NCBI GenBank assembly: GCA_050084515.1
Contig: CM114271.1
Coordinates: forward strand, 31,558,001 to 31,622,000
DNA from: Blasia pusilla
Taxonomy: Eukaryota
Direction: 5' to 3'
Length of the DNA stretch: 64,000 bases
The notes under the pieces are model-generated. The model did not search any database. It was given only the letters and a program-made list of their open reading frames with translations, and had not been told where the DNA came from. Both the position numbers and the translations under genes were made by a program. This document shows, one piece after another, positions 1-10,900 of this stretch (positions are counted from its first letter, which is position 1; each line of letters opens with the position of its first letter).

Positions 1-768
1 TGGCGGAGGTGTTAGATCTTGATGATCCAGATGTGTGGGTGCAAGCATGTTCTCAGAGGGCAGAAGTTTTTTGTAGAGTTATGCCTATGGCCTTTGAGAA
101 CTTAGCTATTGCCCAGCATAGAGATACATTGAGGTACGCGACCATAAGTGGAGGAGGTTATCGTCCAGGGATTAAGAGGTTTCATCCTGGAGATTACGTG
201 TATTTACAGCAAGCGGCACCCACGACGCTAGATGTCACTGCAGGGCGCACTATCCTACGTGTGCGCGAGGTATTATGGACCGGAGTCCTCATGTTGGAGG
301 GACGAGATGGTATGGTTTGGAAGGATCATGTGCGCAATTGTGCACCATGTCATCTTCCGAACGTAGATGGGACGGTGGATCCAAGCTTGGCAGTGGTACC
401 TGCAGGCTTGAGGTGTATGTTGTGCGGATCTGCGAGGGGTGCAGCCACCATGTTGGTATGTGATGGTTGTTCTCGAGGGTGGCATATGTCATGTCTGACC
501 CCCCCTCTTGATGTGGTTCCCACGGGACGATGGATGTGTCCGAGATGTGTATAGGGTAGTAGGTCATGTCAGAGAGATGTGATATTTTCTATCTGGAGTT
601 AGGGGGATCCACCTGCCAGCTAGGGGGGCGGTTGTGTGATCTCCATGTATATGTATGAGTTCATTTTTGTACATGTGTGGATCGACCTGTGTGTGGGGAA
701 GATCAGTGTTGTGTGGTGTAGATGTGACGAGCGATGTATGTTGTGTAGCGATATGTATGCGCACGACA
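1..768 (+). mobile_element. 3' end of a Ty3/Gypsy retrotransposon (family copy 1): integrase C-terminus with PHD, PPT, terminal segment A
   Basis: ORF 9-554 closely matches the integrase C-terminus at 25267-25800. PPT-like TAGGGGGGCG at 621-630. Segment 633-768 (TGTGTG...GCGCACGACA) ends like the reverse complement of 24333-24370. Confidence 0.92.
9..554 (+). CDS. Gypsy integrase C-terminal region with PHD finger (partial, cut by the window edge)
   Basis: C4-H-C3 PHD pattern CMLCGSARGAATMLVCDGCSRGWHMSCLTPPLDVVPTGRWMCPRC, preceded by a GPY/F-like tail (FHPGDYVYL...HVRNCAPC). Frame is open across the visible part. Confidence 0.9.
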   Translation: MLDLDDPDVWVQACSQRAEVFCRVMPMAFENLAIAQHRDTLRYATISGGGYRPGIKRFHPGDYVYLQQAAPTTLDVTAGRTILRVREVLWTGVLMLEGRDGMVWKDHVRNCAPCHLPNVDGTVDPSLAVVPAGLRCMLCGSARGAATMLVCDGCSRGWHMSCLTPPLDVVPTGRWMCPRCV

Positions 769-1266
769 CTCACAACACCATAGTTCTCACATGTGTGCAC
801 TCTCACATGTCTCTCTCAATGTCAAACCAAACCCACTCTCCTAATGAGAGGCTTGGGTTACACACACAAGGCAAGCAAGACCATAGCTCCGCCGCCTCAT
901 GCCAAGAGGTTCAACAAAGAGAGAATGAGCTCTCAAGCTCTCTCTCCTTGAGGTATACCCCTCCCCTCTCTCAAGCTCTCTCCATCGTAACCTATGCTCC
1001 CAAGTCACCTCCTTGGCTCTTGACATGATGTAGGAGGTCAAGGGACACTTACCAAAATTAGAAAGTTGATCATACACTTAAAATGATATTTATCTTAAAT
1101 AGTAAGTTCCTCTATATGGCTCCAAATGAGTCGAAACGAAGGGAAAACGTGCTCTCTCAAGTTTCCCGGGGCCTCAGTAGGTCATCCTCAACCTCCCGAG
1201 TCTGTCCTCCACTACTCACAAAGACGCTCTACAAGATCTCACCGATCTATCTTAAAAGACGTAACG
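769..1266 (-). mobile_element. LTR segment B of another family copy (copy 4), opposite orientation to copy 1
   Basis: Collinear with 24490-24959 and 34190-34669 (TGTCAAACCAAACCCACTCTCCTAATGAGAGG...GATCTATCTTAAAAGACGTAACG). It ends at the same position as the 34669 terminus. Confidence 0.88.
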
Positions 1267-3255
1267 GCTCATTCTCTCTTTGTTGAACCTCTTAGCATAA
1301 GGAGGCGGAGCTATGGTCCTCCTTGCCTTATGTGTGGAATCCAAGCCTCTCATTAAGAGAGTGGGTTTGGTTTGACACGAGAGAGAGTGCACACCATGGA
1401 GAGCTTGGTATGAGAGCTTGTTGGTGTTGATGAGAGATTCCACTGAGAAAATGAGTGAGTGAGAGAGCTTCAATGGAGGAGCTCGCTAGTCACTCGCTAT
1501 TGGTGCACGTTGGGGACCATGTTCCCCACTCAGCGGCTCAAGGGAGTGCTCATTGGAGCAAGAGCCGCTCGATCTTGCTGTTTTCATCGCCAATTTTTCG
1601 TGTGAGAGAGTGGCACGCGGAAGCGTTGCAAAAATTTGGTTGGCAATTGAGTATGGGGGCGGTTTTCCCCACGCTCTTGGGAGCACCTTGTAGCTTGGTG
1701 GTTGTTGTGTTTATAGGTTTGCAATTTCTGTTGGGAGAAATCAGGGCGGAAGCGCTGCCAAATTTCTTGTAGGATAGCAGATATATTAAAGGGCTCTACC
1801 ATACTCCTTGTCAATTTTTATTGGAAGGTCCGATTGAAAAGAAATTTTGGATGTTTTCGTAGATCGTAAAGCTGTGCAGTGCACGCTGTGCAATTTGGAG
1901 CTATGAGCAAAAAGTTATGACCAATTTTGCAAACTGCCAATTTTTAGGGTAAAAATTGTCAAACGCTATACCAGCTGTTGCCGTCACTGTCATCGCCGTC
2001 ATTGTTTCCGTCGCTGTCTACGATGACGCCATCGCTGTCCGTGCCATCGCTGTGTGCGTTGTTTGCCGCTGACATTTGGCGCCTCTGCCCCTCTTGTTGC
2101 TCTTGCTGCTGCTTGCCGCCACCGCCGCTTGTCGCCGTTGCCTCCACCAGTCGTCGCCGTTGACGTCAACACGAGATGTCACCGCCCGTCGCTGCCCTTG
2201 TCATCGTCGTTACCGTTGCTGTTGCCGCCGCCATTGTTTAAGACTACGTCCACCCGCCGAAACTGCTTAAGGCCAGGTAGGGCGCGGCTGCTGTACTTGG
2301 TGAGTCCATATGAGTCGTCGCCACTTGCTAACTCGCGACTTTGACAAGGTGACCTTTTTGGATTCATGGGATCGCAATTTCTTTTCCACTTTGCTATGTT
2401 GTGATTGGTAGCCGCTCGACAACGATTGAGTACCATGTCGTGGCGCTTGTAGCCGCAACACACCGCTGATTGCCGCACCGTCCCGCTCGTGGCCGCACCG
2501 CATCGTCTCGATCGCGGAGCCACTCCATCACTGGGGAGCAGATTGTGTTTCTTTGAATGAGGAGAGTATGCCGTTGAGTGCCGCACTGCATTCCCAAGAG
2601 ACGTGCCGTTTGTAGCCATTTTGTGCCACTAGAACCGCACTGTACTACAAGACCCGCACCGCACATCGTGGAGATTTGAGCATCGTCAATAACAGAGGAG
2701 TACGACTTGCTGGTTGGCTGGTCTTCACGACCGAGTTGGGGTCGAGATTTGCAGTTGCTGAGGAGCAACACAGAAATTTATTCAGGTTATCCATTCTGGT
2801 CTTTTTCCCTACACGTGTTAGGGATTTCGAGGTATTGGGTAGTTATTTGGGATATTGGGTTTTGTGCCGATGTTGAGAGCATCATTAATGTATGGGTTTA
2901 GGGGGCATAGACCTGTGTGGGATGTCCTGTTGATGAGATGATAGGATAGTAACCCAATGCCGCACCATGCCGCTTGTTGCCGCACAACATACGTCTAAGT
3001 GAGAGAGAGTGTAGATTGAGTGCTGCATGTTTAGTTTGAGTTGTTGAGTGATTACTTGCGAGATTGAGAGTGAATGTGTAAGAGGGGCACGAGGGTCATC
3101 ATGGACACCTCGCGAGATGGACGACCGGGGTAGAGGATCACGTAGGTTTTCGGTTTAGTTTTTCCAAAGTTTAGGAGTTGGTTTGACTCACATCGAGCCA
3201 GGAACTCCATAGAGTTTAACCCGTTTATAGCATGGAACGGAATGTTTAAGCTTCT
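1267..3255 (+). mobile_element. 5' part of a family copy (copy 3): partial LTR-B, long leader and deleted gag start
   Basis: Reverse-complement similarity to ~32110-34333, e.g. GCTCATTCTCTCTTTGTTGAACC, GCCGCTCGAC/TAACGATTGAGTACC, and the gag piece AGGAACTCCATAGAGTTTAACCCG. Confidence 0.88.
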
Positions 3256-3399
3256 TCCTCTCACTACATAAGAAATTATACCCCTTTTTAGACTTGATCG
3301 ACTTTAAAAGCTTATCTTTGAGAATTTGCACCAAATCAATTTTTTCAACATCCTCTCTATGATAGACATTCTCTAGCACTTATCAAGTGTGTATGCGTC

Positions 3400-4300
3400 C
3401 ATGCGCGAGTATAAGAGTAGGGACATGACTTACTACAAATCTCATTCTTCTATTTTTAATTCCTCGGGGTATATTACTATAGTCTCAACAACTCTTTGAT
3501 TATGCTTTGGACTTCCTCATTCTTCTCTAAGAAGTATTTTGAGTTGTGTATTGGGAGAGCCCATTGATACAAAGGGTATGCAGTGCTATGCACATTGTAG
3601 AGAACGAACGATGATCCATGATGTGATTATAGAGGAGGTAGCATCGATCGCTCATACTACAAGGTACACCATTGGGCAAAAGCAACTATATCCGTGTATA
3701 TGTCCTACCTTCTACTACACAAAAAACCTCTCGTCAAAGAGTTAATCTTGTTATGTCTTGAGATGGTTTTAAATTTTTCTATTGGGTGGTAAGATGGTAG
3801 CTGATCCAACACATTCTAGCTTGGTGTGTCAGGATGCGCATACTAAAGGTTTTATCGTCAATTAATCAAGGAGTTAAATTATGCGATGAGACATATGATC
3901 GATGGATTTATTATTTTTGCAGTGGAGGTATTTGAAAATTTATATGTGTTTTTTGATACTTTCTTGAAAATATGTGCTTATCATTCCCTCGAGAGCCATC
4001 ACCTTGCCCATTGTTATAGTCCTTCTCCCTCCATAGTCACTACTAATTTTTGGAAATCCATAACGATGGCTCTACAAGGTGCATAAGCTAACTTTGAATC
4101 AGATGTTGGTACGTCGAGTCGAATGGTTGGGGTCAGTGGGTCACTAACCTCGTAGTACCTCACCAACCACATCCGACCAACCGCCAATATTCTTGAAAAT
4201 TTTGTTTCAATTTGTGATCTTTGTAGAGTTGGTTTTTGGGTGCTGCCATTTATTTGGCATTTCTTCCTTTCCTTCTTGGATGTTGTTTATTCATTTAATA
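3400..4300 (+). mobile_element. 5'-truncated 3' fragment of a CRE-like RLE non-LTR retrotransposon
   Basis: Similar to 53700-54650: CVLGEPIDTKG.QCYAHC zinc motif, RQRVNLV, RHMIDGFIIFAVEVF...FDTFLKICAYHSLESHHLA. Confidence 0.8.
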
Positions 4301-7300
4301 ATAGAATGGATGTTACGTAAACCGGGTGCTGTTTCCTTCAAAGGACCATTAAATATCTTAAGATTCTATTTATGTAAGATTCCTGCTAGAGTACTGGTTA
4401 CTACAATTTCGTTGTTTTGCCCCCTTAACACATAAATTGTGGTGGTCCGAGCTCTACCATGCCTTCCCTTTAGCTGGTTTTGGGCTGGGCTGCCCGACGA
4501 AATGCAGGAAGAAATTTCGAAGAGAGCGCACCATGTAGCACAGTCGGATCGGAGGACGCCGAAGACACACGAAGAAAAGGTATCGCGCTAACTTTAAGTT
4601 TTATAGACTACTACTGTAGGTGTATAGTGGGCTCCTGCTCACGAACAACTGTTCTGGCACACGCGAGCAGATAAGGCAGTGGCCAGCCATGCGCGTGATG
4701 TGCAAGGCGCAATGGTGAAAGGAGAGATAGTGAGAAATTGATCTATTTGAAAGCAACAGGAATTACCAAGGCGAACATCCCACGCGTATACGAAGGGGTG
4801 TACAATCTGAGTCTCTCCCGAAGCCAACGAGTGAAGGTAAGGAGTGTACCCTTGTCACGGAGGCCAACCACGTTGTCATTCATGGTTCGGTTTTTAACGT
4901 GGATAAGGTGAGGTATCTCCCTTCCCCGCAACGGTCTGCGTTTAAGCTGTGCGCCGGTTGCATGGTTTGCGTGCCTGTCGTAACGCGAAATGAGCATGTC
5001 GTCGAATTTTGTTCAACTTAAAGGCTTTCTTTGAAATTCCTTGCGCTTTTTGTGACATCACAAAGGCCTATCGGAGGCCTGATTCCCTATCCTTTGAGCT
5101 GTGACGTATTTTTCTACTTCTCGCGACTTGGATGTTCATGGAGGAACTGGTCGTTGATTCCAATCCTTGCTTCCATACACCATGATTAGAGCTGCGCATT
5201 GACTCCTGCAATTTCAGTACGTGCCGCAGAGAATGCTGGTCACTGGGGGAAAGTTGATTCGAGCGCGAAGTTGTGCGTCTGCATCTGATCATCCAAAATC
5301 CATGATATCCAGAAAATCTGGCCTGTTTTATGACAAAGGATACTGCCTGCAGCTCATATATGAATGATCGAAATCTTGGTTCACGATATGAGACGTCAGG
5401 AAATGAGATGTTCTCATTTGCCACTGGCTCCCAAGCTACTACGCGCACAAAGAACCTGGTTCCTAGAAATAATTTATACTCGCACTGATTGATGCATGCA
5501 TGGTTGTCTCTGGATCTGCCTCAGCTTAAACCCCGGAAATGCTTATCACAGTAAGATACCGTGGATCATATGTAAGATCTAGAGCACCTGTGGCATAATC
5601 CTGAATTCACGTGGAAAAGCAATGATTCACTTACTTGCAATCCTAACCCCACTGATTCAATTGCTCTGACTAATCTTTGTTTGCATTGTTCTCACAGTAT
5701 ACCACGATGAGAAGTGGGATCTTGTCTGGGCCTGATTCGTTCATAGTTCCTCATGAAGAACTTCATCCCATTGCTCGGATAAGTCCGAACTCGATGCCCG
5801 CGCATGGTGGAAACACCTTTAGGACACGGCCGGCCGAAACCTGGATAGTGTTCAGGAGTCTTCCTGTAACTATCTGTGACCAGATTGCACTGTCGCTATT
5901 GCGGTGATCAGAAAGGAGATCCTCACTTCGACGCCCTCGACCCTCATCGATCACGATAAAGGTTTTTCAAAGTACGGCAAGTTGGAAGTGATGGACAACA
6001 GGATTCACAGTCCACGAGCGAATACATGGGCACGCACATTCAGGAAAAAAATCAGAATCTCAATGTGAGAAGCTTTTCATATGCGATGCCACGGTAGAGT
6101 TCCTGGTAAATTAGATAAGTGTGCGTGGGGCAGCTCGGTCCACCAGTTTGGACTTGGGGCGGTCGTTGTTTAACGAGATTCTGATTTGTATTCGGTGCTC
6201 GTGATAGGACCCGGATACCTACAAGATAGACAATCATCCGTCATGATGTTAAGACGTAAAGCGTTTGCAGTTCAAGATCTTAGCACATACAGAACTTGAT
6301 TAGATTCTTTTTAACTCCAGTAGTTATAAACATTGGCCGAGACTCGCGCACCAGCTAGTCTAATACGTTCCGGACGTTCCTTTCCTGGCATAAGACAAGT
6401 TGTAGGCCACATTAGGACATTAGATGTACATTCCGCGCCTCGAGCTCTTGAGCTGGCGTGGGAAATGACAAGCTTCATCATCAACCCATTTTCCTGCCAG
6501 ATGAAAGATGCATTGACAGCTCTATTATTATGTCTGGAGTTGGAAATGGAGCGGCGATGCATTTTCAAGAATAAACGTATCCAATAGAAACTTGTTCTAA
6601 AGTGTCGGTCCAACCTCTAACATTGGGATCAGCTCGCTAGCTTGACAACGTCGAGAATCCTGGAAAGTCTGTCAGGCTTAATTAAGGTGCGACCCTCTGT
6701 CCCCGCAATTGTGACTCAGATCCTCAGCCATGCAGCGGTACGTCCTGGAGAGGAATTAACCCTCATTGAAAGTATCGTAGAAGTGGAGAGATGGAGTCAC
6801 CGGCAAGTTATCGACGCAAAAGTCGAGTCTGCCTGGGTGGATGGATCGACTGTTTTTTGCATAGTATGTTGGTAGCAATCGCGATCCTGCAACCCTTTGA
6901 ACGGACGCGCTTGGACGTTGTTTGATCTGGCAAACATGCTCACTGTTGCAATAGTTGTGAAAAGCAGGAACGCACGCACGAAGAAGAAGCTTTGGTGGGC
7001 TAACAACAAAAAATGATGGGTCTTAGACGTGACTCTCTAAGAGAAATCAAAGGTGCCGAGAAATCCACAATTCCAATACCAGCGATAATACTAAACTTCC
7101 GTGGTTCCAAGAATATTTGCGGAATCACGGGTTTCCACGTAGGGGCGTGTACTGGTCGATTTGGCCTAGCTTTCGCAAGATATGGATAGTGGTCAACATT
7201 AACATCACCACCATAGTTTTCACCATTACAATTTAGGTTTGTTATTATATCATAATTAGGTGACAAGTAGAATTTTATTGTGTCTACATCAAAGAAAGTT

Positions 7301-7534
7301 AATGGCATGTTCTTACATTATTTGGTCGAGATATTATATGAGATTTACAACAACTCTATTAGATTAAGTCAAGTTAGTATAATGTTTTGCTACTTTGAGT
7401 ACAGTGATCCCTTGTTCAAGTCAATAGTTAACCTAGTAAGCTTAACGATTTAGAGCTATTTTGGGAAAAGAGCCAAAAGGATTTTCCACTAGGTGAGGGA
7501 GAGGACTTTCACAACCCATCTTTCTCATCTTGAG

Positions 7535-7934
7535 CAGGGTTGCGCACAAATTTCCGTCTCCACAAACCTATGTCCGTCCCTAAAACGCACATGTCCATGT
7601 GGGGCACAGGTACCCGCGGCCCGCACCCAAGCTCGTTGAGCCCGTAACAGGCTGCCAAGCTTGCACCGGTTTAGTGGCCCACGGCATGGTCTGCACATGG
7701 TGGGCAATCAACAACAGCAGAGCGGGCCCCGAGGTCTGCCATGCGCGAGCTTGAGCCCGCCCAATGGTGGCCAAGTCCTCCATGTGCGGGCCCTATGTGG
7801 GCTGGAGCTCACCCTACAGGCTACAAAATAGTTGCGGGCTCGGCCAACCGAGGTGCCCGCTATGGACTCCGGGGCCCGGCTTGAAGGAGGGCCATGAGTA
7901 ATCCAAGGGGAACGTCCATTTGCGTGCAACCTTG
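7535..7934. mobile_element. Non-autonomous hAT element (MITE)
   Basis: TIRs CAGGGTTGCGC / GTGCAACCTTG. Flanking 8-mers ATCTTGAG and ATATCGAG (6/8). Further TIR-bearing fragments of this family lie at ~7980-8057 and ~8250-8400. Confidence 0.7.
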
Positions 7935-10689
7935 ATATCGAGCCTTTGGACCTTGGCTCTGGTGCAGGCCCAAGTGCGGGTCGGGCAAGTCCGTCCAAGG
8001 GACAGACTTGGACAAGTCCGTCCCTTGGACAAACTTGCCCGTTTTCGTGCAACTTTGGTCTAGATGGAGACCAAAGTTGATGGCCTCATGCCAGACGATG
8101 GATGTTGCTCAATATGTAGATGTAGATTGAGGATTGGGTTGGGTAGTAAATATGTAGTAATTTTACATGACAAAGAAATGTAGTAGGGTAGAGAGATTTT
8201 GATGGATGCAAGTGGGAAGCCGAGTTGCCTTGCCGAAGAGCCTCTAGAGCAATGTTGCACACGGACAAAGTCCGTGCCGTGGACATATCCATGTCCATGC
8301 AAATTTGATACTTTGAGTCATCAATCAATGATATCATTTGCAAGGTTGCATATGGCAAGGAGAAAGATGGGGCCCATATGGACAAGTCCTTTCTTGTTTG
8401 TTTCTGGCACTTTTCTCTTGTCTTTGATCGAGGGTATTGGGTATCCGGAAGAGGTCATACTAGACAGATGTTATTATAGTGTCGAGTATAGACCCTTTTT
8501 GCATTTAGTGTGTTTATGGTTGGATGGTTGCTCGAGTAGGGCATATATGTATGTCCCCAATTGTTATTAGCTTAAGTGGGCTGAAGATGAGCCTGATTGT
8601 TTGAGTGTGCATAAGGCAAGGTTTGTCATTACAAGATTACCATTAGCATATGTGAACTAGTGAGAAGTGTGGGAGACTCACAATGAGTCTAAGTGCTTGA
8701 CAGTGTGAGGCAAGGTTATCATCATGGCGTTTTAACCCATCAATCTATTAATTCTCTATTTACATATCCACTTTGAACGGGGTAGTTTGAGCAATAGTAC
8801 GGGAGTTACATGGGGTGGATAGGTATAATTTGGAGTTTCAAGTGAGGAAACCCGAACTCCACCTATTGAGGAGTGATGATGGTGAGATGGCAGAGACCTC
8901 GTTTCAATCCGACAGTAGAGTTCTTTCGAGAAGGGGAATAACTACCAAGGAACTTCAAATATATATCCATATCTTCGAAGTATTCACTCTATGATCCAAA
9001 TGATTCTAGATACTCCTACAAGGGTACAATGTATTGATATCCATCATCTAGAATGATTGTGGTGTGTTCAAAGTGGACATATGAATATACTAATCAGAAA
9101 ATTTAGGGAGTGAGGAGCCATTCTGGCTTCCCTCGTAGATGGATCAATTATTCTACACAGATCTCTTATACGTACTAAGGAAGATGTATCTTCTAACACC
9201 TATTCTTCAAGTCAACAAGCCCTCCAAGATGCGAACAAAGTACGTTGTAACATCAATGGCAAGATATGAGAGCTATATTTCACAGAGCATAACAATATGG
9301 TAGCAACCACTACTGTATTTGAAGCAACTTTGTGAGTATATATACATATAATCACAACAGTGTTGCACTATAGTTGCGAGGTTGCAACTGTCATAGTCCC
9401 AAGGACCAAGACACTCGCACTACTATGGTCATGATGTGCACTTTGTAACTATGTCACGACTGTGAAGTGTCGATTTATTTTTCTTGCAACATAGTTGCAC
9501 AACACTTGCAATTAGCTGCATGACACCATTTAGTACTCAAAAAATAGCCCCCACTTTACGACTATCTTACAATTGTTATTGGTATAGCATTGTAGCAATC
9601 ACCCAAAAAATTTCATAGAATTAATTTTTATTTTTTCTAAAGAATTAAAAATATGGAAAATACAATTCATATCCCACATTTGAAATTTCGGAAAATCATC
9701 AAAAATACATATGTATACAAAAATTTCCAAATTTTACATTAATCTATGGCAAAAATCATCCTACCATCTATGCCAAGATTGTGCACCTAATTTACCATGC
9801 CCATTGAGGTGTGCTAGACCTAGCACATCTCTCATGACTAGAAGGCCTTGCACGCGTTGCTTGATCACGTGGCCACTAGAAGAAAAGTATGGTTTTTATG
9901 ACTCGATTAAGAATGACTTACACACAAAATGACTCAAAGTATAACTCTATTGGTTTAGTCATAATGGAATGACTCTAATAGTATTCTAAATGACTCAGTT
10001 ATGTACAAGTCATATCTCGTGACAAGTTAAGTAATCTAAGTAATTTTTCCACACATGTGTAATAGTAAACATAATTTTTTAAATATTGAAAAAAAATTTG
10101 AAAAAAAAGCATAAAATCAACCCTAGGAGTTTCAATGAAGAAAGGAAATTAAATATTTTCAAGTAGAGATTCAAAACTGAGTCCAAAAATATTTAAAATA
10201 AGAAGTGATTAATATTAAGAAGTGAATAAAAAAATGTTAAAAAGTACAAAAAATGAATTCTCAAATATCAAACAATCAATAAAATGAATATCATATATAA
10301 ATTATAAAAATCATAAAGAAAAATATCTTAGCTACTTTAGATATTGAATTAATTTTTTTAAATCATAATAATTAAATTTCTATTCATTATTATTTGGGAT
10401 TTAAAACTATTAAACACCACAATCGTATTATTATGATCTATCATCATTATTTGTAAATAATTTGAAAAAATTAGTTTTTCCTACTTATGATGTTAGATTT
10501 AAGGTAATTTTATTTCCAAATGTTATTTATTTTAATGATAAGCTCTCAATCTTAGAGGTTGATGATACTCACAAATCGGGCATGAATAAAGAGCAAGGGC
10601 CGTAACTCGGCAAGCTTTCGGTCGTGAGACAAACGGTCTCATGCTTGGCCGCGCCAAGCACGAGAGCGGCAACCAGGAGAAGAGGGGTC

Positions 10690-10900
10690 GTACGGGAGCT
10701 GCGGTTTAGGGCGTGTGCGGGAGCTGGAGTCGAGGCTTGAGGTGAAAGCTAGAGTCGAGGATTGAGGGTGGAGCTGGAGTCGGGAGCGAGAATCAAGGGT
10801 CGCGGGGGAGCTGCGGTTTAGGGCGTGCGCGGGAGTTAGAGTAGAGGCTTAAGGCGGGAGCTAGAGTCGAGGGTCGAGGCAAGAGCTAGAGTCAAGGCTA
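10690..10900 (+). repeat. Degenerate GC-rich tandem repeat (~20-25-bp units GAGCT(A/G)GAGTCGAGG; two GGGAGCTGCGGTTTAGGGCGTG blocks)
   Basis: The repeated motifs are directly visible inside the CACTA element. Confidence 0.75.

Noticed and set aside
1959-2901. Several overlapping GC-rich ORFs (also 32800-34040)
   Set aside because: They lie in the low-complexity 5' leader of the Gypsy family, and their frames are not consistently preserved between the two copies.
6797-7009. Small secreted peptide-like ORF (hydrophobic stretch then ARP)
   Set aside because: It starts at TTG with an in-frame stop shortly upstream and no ATG before the hydrophobic segment. No recognisable peptide motif.
10690-10900. 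CRISPR-like or telomeric array
   Set aside because: Units are degenerate with no unique constant-length spacers, TTTAGGG occurs only singly, and the context is eukaryotic TE.
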